The notes under the pieces were generated by a model. That model was not told where the DNA came from. It did not search any database and saw nothing but the letters and a program-made list of their open reading frames with translations. A program made the position numbers and the translations under genes. Below, in pieces: positions 8,084-17,725 of a DNA stretch of 61,212 bases (position 1 is the stretch's first letter; every line of letters starts with the position of its first letter). The stretch lies in NCBI GenBank assembly GCA_947627505.1, contig CANQWG010000004.1, positions 1 to 61,212 of the forward strand, written 5' to 3'. This DNA is from an uncultured Bacilli bacterium. Its GTDB lineage: Bacteria; Bacillota_I; Bacilli_A; RFN20; CAG-449.

Positions 8084-10658
8084 AGCAAAAAAGAGTGAAC
8101 AACCATCATTCACCGAAAATATTTTCGTCTCTACCATCGATGACGTTTTATCACAAGGATTTGGACGTTATTCTAAATACGTTCTTCAAGAAAGAGCGGT
8201 ACCTGATGTCCGCGATGGTCTAAAACCAGTTCAAAGAAGAATATTGTATACGATGTATCTTGAAGGAAATACATCAAATAAACCGACTCGTAAATGTGCG
8301 CGAACCGTCGGTCAAGTCATCGGGCGTTTTCATCCTCACGGCGATACGTCTGTCTATGAAGCGATGGTTCGTCTATCGCAAGATTGGAAAATGCGTATTC
8401 CTTTGATTGACTTTCAAGGAAATAATGGTTCTATCGACGGCGATTCGGCTGCGGCTTATCGTTATACCGAGGCGCGTTTAAGTGAAATCTCCGACAAATT
8501 AGTGCTTGATTTAAACAAAAACACCGTCGATATGGAACTCAATTTCGACGATCAAGAGTTAGAACCGGTCGTATTGCCGGCTCGTTTTCCTAATTTATTA
8601 GTCAATGGTTCTTCAGGTGTGGCTGTCGGTGCCTCGACGGATATTCCCCCACACAACCTTAGTGAGGTCGTCAAGGCCATAAATTATCGAATCAAACATC
8701 CGGATTGTCGTATCGAAGATCTTTTGAAATTTATTAAAGGCCCCGATTTTCCAACCGGTGGCGTCATTTTAAATCAAAGTGACTTTTTAAATATGTACAA
8801 AAGCGGCAAAGGCCTCATCAAATTGATGTCCAAAGCCGAAGTGATCGAAGACAAGAATATCAACCAAATCATCATCACTGAAATTCCTTATGGACGCGAT
8901 AAATCCGATTTGGTGTCCTCGATCGATAAATTTCGCTTTGCCAATAATTTAGACGCTATCATCGAAGTTCGCGATGAGACGGGGCAAGATGGTTTAAGAA
9001 TCGCAATTGATGTCAAAAAAGAGGCTGATCCTTACAATTTGTTGCGGTTTATTAAAAGCAAAGGCGTCTTATCGACCACGATTAAATATAATATGCTCGT
9101 CATCGATCACAATCGTCCGCGGACTTTAAACCTCGCGGAAGTGATCGATTGCTACGTCGAACACCAAATCGACGTCATTACCCGACGTTCCAAATACGAC
9201 CTTGATAAAATGTCGACGCGAGTTCATATCGTCGAAGGGTTAATCAAGGCGATTTCGATTCTCGATCAAGTGATAGAATTGATTCGTAAGAGCAAAGATA
9301 AAGCCGATGCCAAAGAAGGTTTGATTCATAAATTTGATTTTACTCCCGAACAAGCTGAAGCTTTATTGATGTTGCAACTTTATCGGTTATCGAATACCGA
9401 TGTGACAACTCTTATTGAGGAAGCCAAAAATTTGCATGCGTCGATCGATGATTTAAACGATCTTTTAAACAATCCGACGCGAATGGACAATTTAATTATC
9501 GACGATTTGACAAAGATCGCCGAATCTTACAAAGATCCACGGCGCACCAGCTTTGAAGAATTGACCTCGGAGGATACTTCAATTGATCACCGAGCCTTGG
9601 TCTTAAAAGAAGAGACAGTTATCGTTTTTACGCGCAACGGATATTTCAAGCGATGCCAAATGCGTTCTTATAACGCGGTGAGCGACCAATTGCCGGGCAT
9701 CAAAGACGGAGATGTGATTGTCGGTAGCGTCAAATGCTTTACAACCGATTATCTCCTTGCTTTCACTTCGCTTGGAAATTATCTTTTAATCCCGGTTTAC
9801 AAACTTTTCGACAATAAATGGAAAGAAGAGGGTAAACACATCAATGAGATTTCCTCTTTAGCTAATCAGGAAAAGATCGTCGGTGGTTTTGTTGTAAGCG
9901 AATTTATCGATGGCATCAATGTGGTGATGCTTTCAAAAAACAATCAAATCAAACGTTCTTCACTCAAAGAATTCGAAGGAACGCGGATTTCTAAGCCGGT
10001 CCGTTGCTTTAAACTCGCCCAAGACGATGAAATGGTCGCGGTGGTATCCACTTCCGGTAACAGCGATATATTAGTGCTAAATGCCGCCGGAACCGGCAGT
10101 TTCTTCAATGAGAATGAAATTCCTAAAGTCTCGCTTAAAGCTGGTGGGGTGAAGGCAATGAATCTAGGCAAAGATCAAGCTCCTTTAGCGGCTTTAATCG
10201 CATATTTACCAGAAGAGCGCTCTAAGTTGATGATCATCACCGATCGTCATGGTGCTAGAATCGTCGATCAATCTTCGATGGTACGCACCATTAGACCTGG
10301 CACTAAACAGGTGCTCTTTAAAACTTTCAACAGCGATCCGCAATCGGCGATTTATGCGACCAAGTGGTCTAAAAATCAAGAATCCAAGAGTTTAAGCGTC
10401 GTTCTTGACAACAATGTGGTCGTCAATCTTAATCTTGAAGAGTTGAAGCCACAACCTTTAGGCGGTTATTTAAAGACCAATCTTCAACTCGATGAAAAGA
10501 ATCCGCTTGTCGGGGTTCATAATTTCAAAGTCGATATCATCGACGAAAACACCAAGCCGTTAACGCCAGCAAGCGTCAAAAAAGTTAAAGAAGTAAAGCC
10601 TCAGGAAGAAGATTTTGAGCAAATAAGACTTTTTGATTTTGTCGACGATGACGATTAA
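8073..10658 (+). CDS. parC: DNA topoisomerase IV subunit A
   Basis: The N-terminal domain is type IIA A-subunit (RAVPDVRDGLKPVQRRILY, HPHGD, AAAYRYTEARL with the catalytic Tyr). I saw no GyrA-box (QRRGGKG-like). It overlaps the parE stop and has a long C-terminal tail ending DDDD. Confidence 0.8.
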   Translation: MSSKAKKSEQPSFTENIFVSTIDDVLSQGFGRYSKYVLQERAVPDVRDGLKPVQRRILYTMYLEGNTSNKPTRKCARTVGQVIGRFHPHGDTSVYEAMVRLSQDWKMRIPLIDFQGNNGSIDGDSAAAYRYTEARLSEISDKLVLDLNKNTVDMELNFDDQELEPVVLPARFPNLLVNGSSGVAVGASTDIPPHNLSEVVKAINYRIKHPDCRIEDLLKFIKGPDFPTGGVILNQSDFLNMYKSGKGLIKLMSKAEVIEDKNINQIIITEIPYGRDKSDLVSSIDKFRFANNLDAIIEVRDETGQDGLRIAIDVKKEADPYNLLRFIKSKGVLSTTIKYNMLVIDHNRPRTLNLAEVIDCYVEHQIDVITRRSKYDLDKMSTRVHIVEGLIKAISILDQVIELIRKSKDKADAKEGLIHKFDFTPEQAEALLMLQLYRLSNTDVTTLIEEAKNLHASIDDLNDLLNNPTRMDNLIIDDLTKIAESYKDPRRTSFEELTSEDTSIDHRALVLKEETVIVFTRNGYFKRCQMRSYNAVSDQLPGIKDGDVIVGSVKCFTTDYLLAFTSLGNYLLIPVYKLFDNKWKEEGKHINEISSLANQEKIVGGFVVSEFIDGINVVMLSKNNQIKRSSLKEFEGTRISKPVRCFKLAQDDEMVAVVSTSGNSDILVLNAAGTGSFFNENEIPKVSLKAGGVKAMNLGKDQAPLAALIAYLPEERSKLMIITDRHGARIVDQSSMVRTIRPGTKQVLFKTFNSDPQSAIYATKWSKNQESKSLSVVLDNNVVVNLNLEELKPQPLGGYLKTNLQLDEKNPLVGVHNFKVDIIDENTKPLTPASVKKVKEVKPQEEDFEQIRLFDFVDDDD

Positions 10659-11353
10659 TGAGTGTCTTGATGTTTCTTAAATTCTTGCAACAATTTGACT
10701 AAAGCGCGCTTTTCAATACGCGATACGTACGAACGGGAGATGTGATATTTTTTCGCAATCTCCTTTTGTGTATGTTCTTCAAATCCTTGTAATCCATAAC
10801 GAAGCGAGATGATTTCTAGTTCCCGATCATCGAGAACATCGATATATTGATTCAGTGAATCAAGCATGTGACGATGATCTAACTCTTCGTTAATCGGCGT
10901 CTCGTTTGAAGGAATGACATCCATCAAAGTGATTTCACTGCCATCTTTATCGGTGCCGATCGCTTCGAAAAACGAGACATCTTTAGAACGTTTTTTGCCG
11001 TTTCTTAGCGTCATCAAAATTTCGTTTTCGATGCATTTTGCGGCATAGGTCGCCAATTTTACTTTTTTATCGAGCGAATAAGTGTCGATCGCTTTGATTA
11101 AACCGATGGTTCCAATCGAAATCAAATCGTCGCTGTCTTCATCGGTTTTATCGTATTTTTTGGCGATGTGTGCCACTAAACGGAGATTGTGCGAGATCAA
11201 TTTGTCGCGCGCTTCATCGTGGGTTCTTTCGTCGAATAATTCGTTGATGCAACGTTCTTCTTCGCTTTCAGAAAGTTTTAACGGAAAGATGCCGTTGCGT
11301 AAAAAACCGACTAAAAAACGGAGATTGAAAATTCCAAGTAAATCGAAAAACAT
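10655..11353 (-). CDS. sigK: Sporulation sigma factor, SigK-like (pro-sigma-K)
   Basis: HNLRLVAHIAKKY, DLISIGTIGLIKAI, KLATYAAKCIENEILM and ISRSYVSRIEKRAL match my recollection of B. subtilis sigma-K more closely than sigma-E. A short hydrophobic pro-sequence precedes FPLKLSESEE. Confidence 0.7.
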   Translation of the reverse strand: MFFDLLGIFNLRFLVGFLRNGIFPLKLSESEEERCINELFDERTHDEARDKLISHNLRLVAHIAKKYDKTDEDSDDLISIGTIGLIKAIDTYSLDKKVKLATYAAKCIENEILMTLRNGKKRSKDVSFFEAIGTDKDGSEITLMDVIPSNETPINEELDHRHMLDSLNQYIDVLDDRELEIISLRYGLQGFEEHTQKEIAKKYHISRSYVSRIEKRALVKLLQEFKKHQDTH

Positions 11354-11496
11354 AATATCACCCAGTTAAATTTTAGGAATAAGACGTGAAAGATATGTCA
11401 TAAATCGACACTTTTAATAGTTATTTGACATCTAAATATCATCAATTATCTTTAAATTATCAACAATTTATACTATGATATGTAAAGAGGTAAATT

Positions 11497-12027
11497 ATGG
11501 CACGATTACTACCGGATTACTACGCTAAATCGATCTTCGATGTCCCGATGTCGTTTTACAAAGAACAAGGAATCACTCACGTGATTTCCGATCTTGATAA
11601 CACTCTCGACGCTTTCGATGTTTTACTTCCTTCCAAAAGAGTGGTAGAATTAGCAAAAAAGTTTTCCGACCATGGTATTACTCTTATCATAATTACCAAT
11701 AATACGGAAAAGAGAGTAAAAGATTATGCGACAGCTTTAAATGTCGCTTATCTTTACTCGGCACGAAAACCTTTTCCCAAAAAGATCATCCGCTTTTTAA
11801 ACAAGAATGAAATCGATAGATCGAAGCTTTTGCTTGTTGGCGACCAGCTGATGACGGATGTCAAATGCGCCAAAAAGGGAAATTTCAAGGTGATGCTTAC
11901 CGAACCAATTGTAAAAAAGGACCAGTGGACGACAAAATTTAATCGTCTTTTTGACCGCCCGATACGAAAAAGATATTTAAAACGAGGACTATTACAAAAA
12001 TTGGAGGTGCCTTATGGAAAACGATAA
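11497..12027 (+). CDS. yqeG: YqeG-family HAD-IIIA phosphatase
   Basis: It has the DLDNTL motif and GDQLMTD, and sits first in the yqeG-yqeH block. Confidence 0.8.
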   Translation: MARLLPDYYAKSIFDVPMSFYKEQGITHVISDLDNTLDAFDVLLPSKRVVELAKKFSDHGITLIIITNNTEKRVKDYATALNVAYLYSARKPFPKKIIRFLNKNEIDRSKLLLVGDQLMTDVKCAKKGNFKVMLTEPIVKKDQWTTKFNRLFDRPIRKRYLKRGLLQKLEVPYGKR

Positions 12028-13135
12028 CATGATGAAATTGCATTGCTATGGCTGCGGTGCGGAATTACAAAATACTGCGCCTGATCAAACCGGATATATT
12101 CCTAAAGCCGATATGCATTCGGGAGATCTTTTGCTTTGTCAAAGATGTTATCGATTGCAACATTACGGGGTGCAACGCGAAGTGGCGACCTATAATGGTG
12201 AATTTAAAAAGATTCTTGCTCACGCCAAAAAGAGTAAAAGTCTAATTGTATACGTCATCGATCTTTTCGCTTTTTCTTCTTCGATAGTGAGTGAGATCCA
12301 CGAATTGATCAAAGACAACAAAGTGTTAATTATCGCCAATAAACGCGATGTTTTACCGCGTGAAATCAACGATGAAAAATTAAAACAGCACGTTAAAGCG
12401 CGCCTTCTAGAAACCGGGCTTGACGTTAAGGATATTATCATCGCTTCGGCACATAAAAATTATAATATTGATGAATTTATGCAATATATCGATGATTTTA
12501 AAGACGGACGCGACGTTTATGTAGTCGGTGCTTCCTCGGTAGGGAAATCGTCGATCATCAATTCGTTTTTGAAAGTCTATAAAAACGAAACCAAAAATGT
12601 GATCACCACTTCACCATATCCGGGAACGACTTTAGATGTGATTAAAATACCATTGAACAATAAGAGTTACATCTACGATACGCCAGGCATTATCGTCGAT
12701 AAATCGATATATTCCCATATCGAAAACAAGATTTTGAAATATATCGCTCCGCGTCGTGAAATCAAACCGCGGACCTTTCAAATAAACGACAATCAATCGA
12801 TTTTTATCGGTGGCCTCGCGCGCTTGGATTTCTTAAAAGGACATCGAAGCGGCGTTACTTTCTATATTTCCAATGAAATTGATTTGCATAGGACAAAACT
12901 CGAACGCGCCGATCAAATTTTCGATTCGGTAATCGCCAATCATAAAATCAAACCGACTTCTTTGATGATTACCGGCGTTGAAAGTCTTGAAGCGCATACC
13001 GTCGATTTGCCATATCAAGACGTCGACATCATCATCAGCGGTCTTTGCACGATCAAGATCAACGGAAAAGGGCAAAAATTTCGAATTATGGCCCCGCGCG
13101 GCGTCGAAGTGATGGTCGCCGAAAGTAAGATTTAG
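12014..13135 (+). CDS. yqeH: Ribosome biogenesis GTPase YqeH
   Basis: An N-terminal zinc-finger CYGCG...CQRC, then a circularly permuted GTPase (NKRDV...GASSVGKSS...DTPG). The start could instead be ATG 12029. Confidence 0.85.
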   Translation: MENDNMMKLHCYGCGAELQNTAPDQTGYIPKADMHSGDLLLCQRCYRLQHYGVQREVATYNGEFKKILAHAKKSKSLIVYVIDLFAFSSSIVSEIHELIKDNKVLIIANKRDVLPREINDEKLKQHVKARLLETGLDVKDIIIASAHKNYNIDEFMQYIDDFKDGRDVYVVGASSVGKSSIINSFLKVYKNETKNVITTSPYPGTTLDVIKIPLNNKSYIYDTPGIIVDKSIYSHIENKILKYIAPRREIKPRTFQINDNQSIFIGGLARLDFLKGHRSGVTFYISNEIDLHRTKLERADQIFDSVIANHKIKPTSLMITGVESLEAHTVDLPYQDVDIIISGLCTIKINGKGQKFRIMAPRGVEVMVAESKI

Positions 13136-13146
13136 GGATTAGTATT

Positions 13147-13440
13147 ATGCTCAGTAAAAAACAATTAGCCCAACTTCGTTCATTAGCCCAAACCACTAAG
13201 GCAATGTACAATGTTGGCAAAAACGAAATCAACGAAAATGTGCTCTCGATGCTCGATAAAGCGCTCACTAAGCACGAGTTGATTAAAATCAGCGTCAATA
13301 AAGCGATGAGCGATGAAAAAGAGGAATTCGCCCGTGAATTATCGACGCTTCTTCACGCGGAATTAGTGACCATAATCGGACGAGTGATCGTCTTATATCG
13401 CAAAAATTTGAAAAATCCGCGTATCGAATTGGTAATGTGA
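13147..13440 (+). CDS. yhbY: YhbY/CRS1-type RNA-binding protein (YqeI-like)
   Basis: 97 aa. The pattern LSKKQLAQLRSLAQ...VGKNEINENV...ELIKI is typical of the YhbY family. Confidence 0.8.
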   Translation: MLSKKQLAQLRSLAQTTKAMYNVGKNEINENVLSMLDKALTKHELIKISVNKAMSDEKEEFARELSTLLHAELVTIIGRVIVLYRKNLKNPRIELVM

Positions 13441-14549
13441 AAAAGACGATCTTTTTCGGAGGCAGTTTTGATCCGATCCACGAGGGACATCTCGCTATCG
13501 CCTACGCGGCACTTAATGAGCTTCAAGCTTATCAAGTGCTTTTTGTCTTGGCACCGCTTGCCCGGTGGAAAGATCCTGAATCGTCGGTTTTTCACCGCCT
13601 TGAGATGATGAAAATTGCCTTGAAAGATGAACCACGTTTTAAAATATCGACGATAGAACTCGCTCAAGAGGGCGAATTGCATACGATCGATACCGTCAAA
13701 CAGTACCTCGAGACGGCTAAAGATGAAGAGTTGTATCTTCTTATCGGAGCTGATCAAGTCGCAAAGTTTCCGTCTTGGTATCAAAGCGAAGAATTAGCTT
13801 CGTTGGTCCACGTGATATATTCGTCACGCAATGGATATGAAATCGATGAAAAGATCGTAAATAAATATCAAATGCAAAAAATTTCTAGTCCGTTAGTCGA
13901 CGTATCAAGCAGCGATATTCGAAAGTTAGAAATCAATTACATGCCAAAAGAAATTCTCGACTATATCGGAGTACATCGCCTTTATTACGTTGAAGATTTA
14001 TTGAATCTAATCGGGGAAAAGCGTCTCAATCATTCCTTAAGCGTCGCATCTTTGGCTTTTGACCTAGCTAAAGCTAACGATATCGATCCCTATAAAGCCT
14101 ATATCGCCGGTTTGTTGCACGATTGTGCCAAACGTTTATCGTTAGATGAACATCTGCGTCTGATTGAAAAAAAGTTTTCCAAAGAGATTTTAAAAAACGT
14201 CGAAGCGCCGCTTTATCATCAATTTTCCGGGGCCGCTCTCGCTGAAGAACATTTTAAAATCAAAGATCTGGAAATTCTTGATGCGATTGCCTATCACGCG
14301 ACCGGAAAGGCCAATATGAGCCGTTTAGGACGCCTTTTATACGCCGCGGATAAGATTGAGCCGACACGCGATTTCGATTCAAGCGAGCTCATTATGGCGT
14401 GTATGCGCGATCTTGAAACAGGATTTATCGAAGTCTTGAAAGATAACATCAAGTATTTTCGGACCAAGGGCATCAAATATCAAAATTACTTAACTTTGGA
14501 ATGTATCGATTATTATTTAAAGGAGTATAAAGAAAATGGAAGAAATTAA
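13437..14549 (+). CDS. nadD: Fused nicotinate-nucleotide adenylyltransferase (NadD) and YqeK HD-domain hydrolase
   Basis: The N-terminal half has GGSFDPIHEGHL (HxGH) and SSSDIR. The C-terminal half has RLNHSLSVA...GLLHDCAK...YHATG (YqeK-type HD domain). It is one uninterrupted 370-aa frame. The GTG start overlaps the yhbY stop. Confidence 0.85.
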   Translation: MKKTIFFGGSFDPIHEGHLAIAYAALNELQAYQVLFVLAPLARWKDPESSVFHRLEMMKIALKDEPRFKISTIELAQEGELHTIDTVKQYLETAKDEELYLLIGADQVAKFPSWYQSEELASLVHVIYSSRNGYEIDEKIVNKYQMQKISSPLVDVSSSDIRKLEINYMPKEILDYIGVHRLYYVEDLLNLIGEKRLNHSLSVASLAFDLAKANDIDPYKAYIAGLLHDCAKRLSLDEHLRLIEKKFSKEILKNVEAPLYHQFSGAALAEEHFKIKDLEILDAIAYHATGKANMSRLGRLLYAADKIEPTRDFDSSELIMACMRDLETGFIEVLKDNIKYFRTKGIKYQNYLTLECIDYYLKEYKENGRN

Positions 14550-14877
14550 ATTAAAGGCGATTTTGAAAGCAATCAGTGACAAAAAGGGTGAAGATATCAA
14601 AGTGATCGATGTCTCTAATAGATCGCCGTTTTGCCATTATTACGTGATAGCAAGCATCAACACCGCTCGTCAAGCAGACGCGATCGTATCAGCGATTGAA
14701 GAAAGCCTATCGACTTTAAAACAAGCGGTTCATCATATCGAAGGCAATAATAAATCGGATTGGATTTTAATCGATTGTAACGATATTGTAATTCACGTTT
14801 TTACCCCTGAAGAAAGGGAAAGAATCGATTTAGAAACCCTGCTTAAGGGTGAAAAGACAATCCATTACGAGGGATAA
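14536..14877 (+). CDS. rsfS: Ribosome silencing factor RsfS
   Basis: 113 aa. KGEDIKVIDVS...YYVIAS...DWILIDCNDIVIHVF is typical RsfS/YqeL. Confidence 0.9.
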   Translation: MEEIKLKAILKAISDKKGEDIKVIDVSNRSPFCHYYVIASINTARQADAIVSAIEESLSTLKQAVHHIEGNNKSDWILIDCNDIVIHVFTPEERERIDLETLLKGEKTIHYEG

Positions 14878-14879
14878 AC

Positions 14880-15554
14880 ATGAAAAGGGAGATTTACTTA
14901 ATCGTCGCTGCGATGCGTGAAGAAAAGGACGCTATAATCGATAAATTAAAGCAGCAAAAGATTGCTTTATTCGAAGAAGAAGACGGAGTATCTTTCAAAA
15001 AGAACGAAAAATCATATCTAGTCATGAGAGGAAAAATCGGTAAAGTTCACACGGCATTTATGCTTGGAAAACTACACCAAAAGTACGATATCAAGCATAT
15101 TTACAATACCGGAACCGCCGGAACGATCGCTCATGATGTTAAAATTCTCGACGTTGTAATCGCCACTGGAGTCGCATATCACGATGTCGATGTCACAGGA
15201 TTCAATTACGCATACGGGCAATTGCCGGAATGTCCCTTGATATTTGATACGGTAGCGCCAAAATTAGAAGAAAGGAAAAGGGAGAAATATCAAATTCATT
15301 ATGGTCTCATTCTAAGCGGCGATAGTTTCATTACCAAAAATAATATTACAAAGCGAATGCTTGATTCTAAAGCCCTAGCGATTGAAATGGAATCGGGTAG
15401 CGTTGCTCAATGTGCGTATATCATGAACGTTCCTTGTACCATCGTGCGTTCGATAAGCGATAAGATAGTCGAAGAGGGTAACGGAAAAACTTTCGATGAT
15501 ATGTTGACGCGAGCCGCAAAAAATGCCGTCGACGTTCTATTTGAAATAATTTAA
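14880..15554 (+). CDS. mtnN: 5'-methylthioadenosine/S-adenosylhomocysteine nucleosidase
   Basis: AMREE, GKIGKV, NTGTAGT, EMESGSVAQ and RSISD motifs. Confidence 0.85.
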   Translation: MKREIYLIVAAMREEKDAIIDKLKQQKIALFEEEDGVSFKKNEKSYLVMRGKIGKVHTAFMLGKLHQKYDIKHIYNTGTAGTIAHDVKILDVVIATGVAYHDVDVTGFNYAYGQLPECPLIFDTVAPKLEERKREKYQIHYGLILSGDSFITKNNITKRMLDSKALAIEMESGSVAQCAYIMNVPCTIVRSISDKIVEEGNGKTFDDMLTRAAKNAVDVLFEII

Positions 15555-15566
15555 TAAAATCTTAAT

Positions 15567-15613
15567 AAGGAATATCTTTATATGAAAAACAATAAAGATG
15601 TTCCTTTTATTTT
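15567..15613 (+). terminator. Rho-independent terminator of mtnN
   Basis: A 14-bp stem, AAGGAATATCTTTA / TAAAGATGTTCCTT, followed by TTTTATTTT. Confidence 0.8.
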
Positions 15614-15820
15614 GACTAATTTAGGTCATAAATGGTAAAAGACGGATTTCGACGGCGTTTTTGATTATTTCGCATAATTACCATTATGTTAACCAATTTA
15701 AAAATAAATATTTATTTCTAGGCATTTTTAAACAATTGAAATCATTAATAAAATGCAATTTAAAAGCTCTTTTAATTTATTGTGAAAGTTTTCCACATAC
15801 CTTAAAAGAGCTTATTTTAA

Positions 15821-15856
15821 CTAATTAAATACTAATTATCTACTAATCTATTACTA
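15821..15856 (-). repeat. Phased ACTAA(T)x3 element, copy A
   Basis: TACTAATTATCTACTAATCTATTACT (15830-15855) is identical to 26570-26595, and the flanks extend the similarity. ACTAA starts at 15831, 15842 and 15853, an 11-bp phase. It overlaps the permease stop codon. Confidence 0.7.
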
Positions 15857-16633
15857 AATAGATTTTTCAAGATTCTTTTTTAATAAAAATATCAAACTTT
15901 CGATTGCGGCGATGATACCGATGATGATAAGACAATTTGCAATCAAATCGCTCATTTCAAAATCTCGGAACGCTTTATAGATATTGACTCCAATTCCATT
16001 CATCTTGGTATTGCCGATTACAATTTCCGCCATCACTTCGACTTTCATCGCTAAGCCGATCGACTGCACGATACCTAATGTAATATATCGTAGCGATAAC
16101 GGCAAAATGATTTTAACAATCGATTTGAAACTATAAAGTCCTTCAAGCTTCAACGGATCGCGATATTCTTTTTTTATCGCTTCAGCGCCGCTTTGTGATG
16201 CTTCATACATCAATGGGAAAATCATCAAAGCCACCATGATCATCGCGGTCGTTTCATTTTTAGTATATATGATAAGAATCAGCACTACCGCGCTTGTAGG
16301 AAGGCTTCTTAGAATGGTAATGGTCGGACGCATAAAATATCGCACCGGCTCAAAAACACCGCTCAAAACGCCTAAAATGATGCCAAGAAGCGAAGATACG
16401 ATTAAAGCTAGTAAAATTCTAAGCAAAGAATGGTAAAGGGCAAAGTAAGTTTCACCATCACCTAAAAGCATAATGGCCCGATAAAAGCATTGATGAGGAT
16501 ACGGAATGATGACTGACGAGGTCGTCAATGAAAGAAGATACCAAATGCCGCAAAAAAAGAGGAAACCTAAAAGAGAAAAAAGGACGATTTGCCCTTTTTT
16601 TTGTTTAAAAAACGCCCTTTTCTCTCTTTCCAT
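15854..16633 (-). CDS. ABC transporter permease (NitT/TauT-like family)
   Basis: 259 aa with about 6 TM segments. Its size and layout fit binding-protein-dependent permeases. It sits immediately downstream of a lipoprotein gene. Confidence 0.7.
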   Translation of the reverse strand: MEREKRAFFKQKKGQIVLFSLLGFLFFCGIWYLLSLTTSSVIIPYPHQCFYRAIMLLGDGETYFALYHSLLRILLALIVSSLLGIILGVLSGVFEPVRYFMRPTITILRSLPTSAVVLILIIYTKNETTAMIMVALMIFPLMYEASQSGAEAIKKEYRDPLKLEGLYSFKSIVKIILPLSLRYITLGIVQSIGLAMKVEVMAEIVIGNTKMNGIGVNIYKAFRDFEMSDLIANCLIIIGIIAAIESLIFLLKKNLEKSI

Positions 16634-16651
16634 ACTGCTTATTATTCCTTT

Positions 16652-17725
16652 TTATTTTGAAAAATAACCATCGATAAACAGCGTTTCATCGACTTCGCCT
16701 AAATCCATTATTTCGTAATATTGTTTGATATCTGGTTCATTTTTAGCGTATCCGATTAAATTTTTACCCTCTTTTTGGGTGTAGGTAAGATCGCTATAAG
16801 AAAGACCGAGTTTTTCCGCTTGTTTGGATTGATCGCCGAAATTTTGATAATACGATTCCGCATTGGTGTAATTGGAAACTAAATAATCTAGCGTCGTTTC
16901 AATATCGTTTAATAACGCGTCGACTTTCGTAGGATTAGTGGTATAAAGATCATCGCTAATAAACAATCCCGCTTGAGGAAAGCCCTCCATTCCGGTCGTT
17001 TCATACCATTTTTCCTGAAGATTGTATTTATAATTCATTAAACTTGGATTATAGTCTTTTGAAGTGGTATTTTCCATGATTCTTGAGACGTAAGGTTCCG
17101 CTAAAAGGACGTAATCGATCTGTTTGCCTTGATACATGTGTTCATTGCTCAAAACCAAATCGTAAACCATTTCGACGCCGCTAACATAATCGATTTGTTC
17201 CGTTAATTCAGGATAAAGCTTTTTAAATATTTTATCAGGAGTTCCGCCCTCACCAAAGCTTAAAATATTGGAAGAAGCACTGATCGGGGCATCGTTATCA
17301 TCATCGCCATTTAACGACATCAAAAAGAAATTTCCCTTAGTTAAAAGACGCGCTAATTTGTATTTTGCACCTTTATTTTTGATTAAATTCATGCCATTTA
17401 ATGAGTCGAAAACCAATACGTCATACTCCTTATTGGGGTTTAAAAATTGAGCGCTGACTAAGGTTGGTTGATCGACCGATTCGAATTTATCGTTATCGAA
17501 ATATGGATAAAAGACACCGGTAGGGGCCCCATTTGGCGCAAGAATCTTAAAATCAATATCACTGAAAGCATATTCCGATGTCGATGATTGATTTTCACTT
17601 TCAAGACTAGTGCTATTGCTTAAAACGGAGTTATTGCTACTGCTACTATTTTCATTTCCGGTAGAGCAGGCGACTAAAGGAGCGATGACTCCTAAAGTTA
17701 AAAAAGATATTAATTTTTTATTCAT
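16652..17725 (-). CDS. Putative ABC substrate-binding lipoprotein
   Basis: Signal peptide with an LVAC lipobox, then a Ser/Asn-rich linker. It is positioned between deoB and the permease. Confidence 0.5.
   Translation of the reverse strand: MNKKLISFLTLGVIAPLVACSTGNENSSSSNNSVLSNSTSLESENQSSTSEYAFSDIDFKILAPNGAPTGVFYPYFDNDKFESVDQPTLVSAQFLNPNKEYDVLVFDSLNGMNLIKNKGAKYKLARLLTKGNFFLMSLNGDDDNDAPISASSNILSFGEGGTPDKIFKKLYPELTEQIDYVSGVEMVYDLVLSNEHMYQGKQIDYVLLAEPYVSRIMENTTSKDYNPSLMNYKYNLQEKWYETTGMEGFPQAGLFISDDLYTTNPTKVDALLNDIETTLDYLVSNYTNAESYYQNFGDQSKQAEKLGLSYSDLTYTQKEGKNLIGYAKNEPDIKQYYEIMDLGEVDETLFIDGYFSK

Noticed and set aside
6119-10658. Calling the topoisomerase pair gyrB/gyrA
   Set aside because: The adjacent plsY and nearby yneF reproduce the B. 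subtilis parE-parC neighbourhood. No GyrA-box is visible, and there are no dnaA/dnaN/recF neighbours. The call remains an inference without phylogeny.
15761-15817. Long-loop inverted repeat AAAAGCTCTTTTA...TTAAAAGAGCTT as the terminator of the permease gene
   Set aside because: The arms are complementary, but the loop is about 27 nt and the following T-run is weak on the relevant (minus) strand. I left it unannotated as too uncertain.
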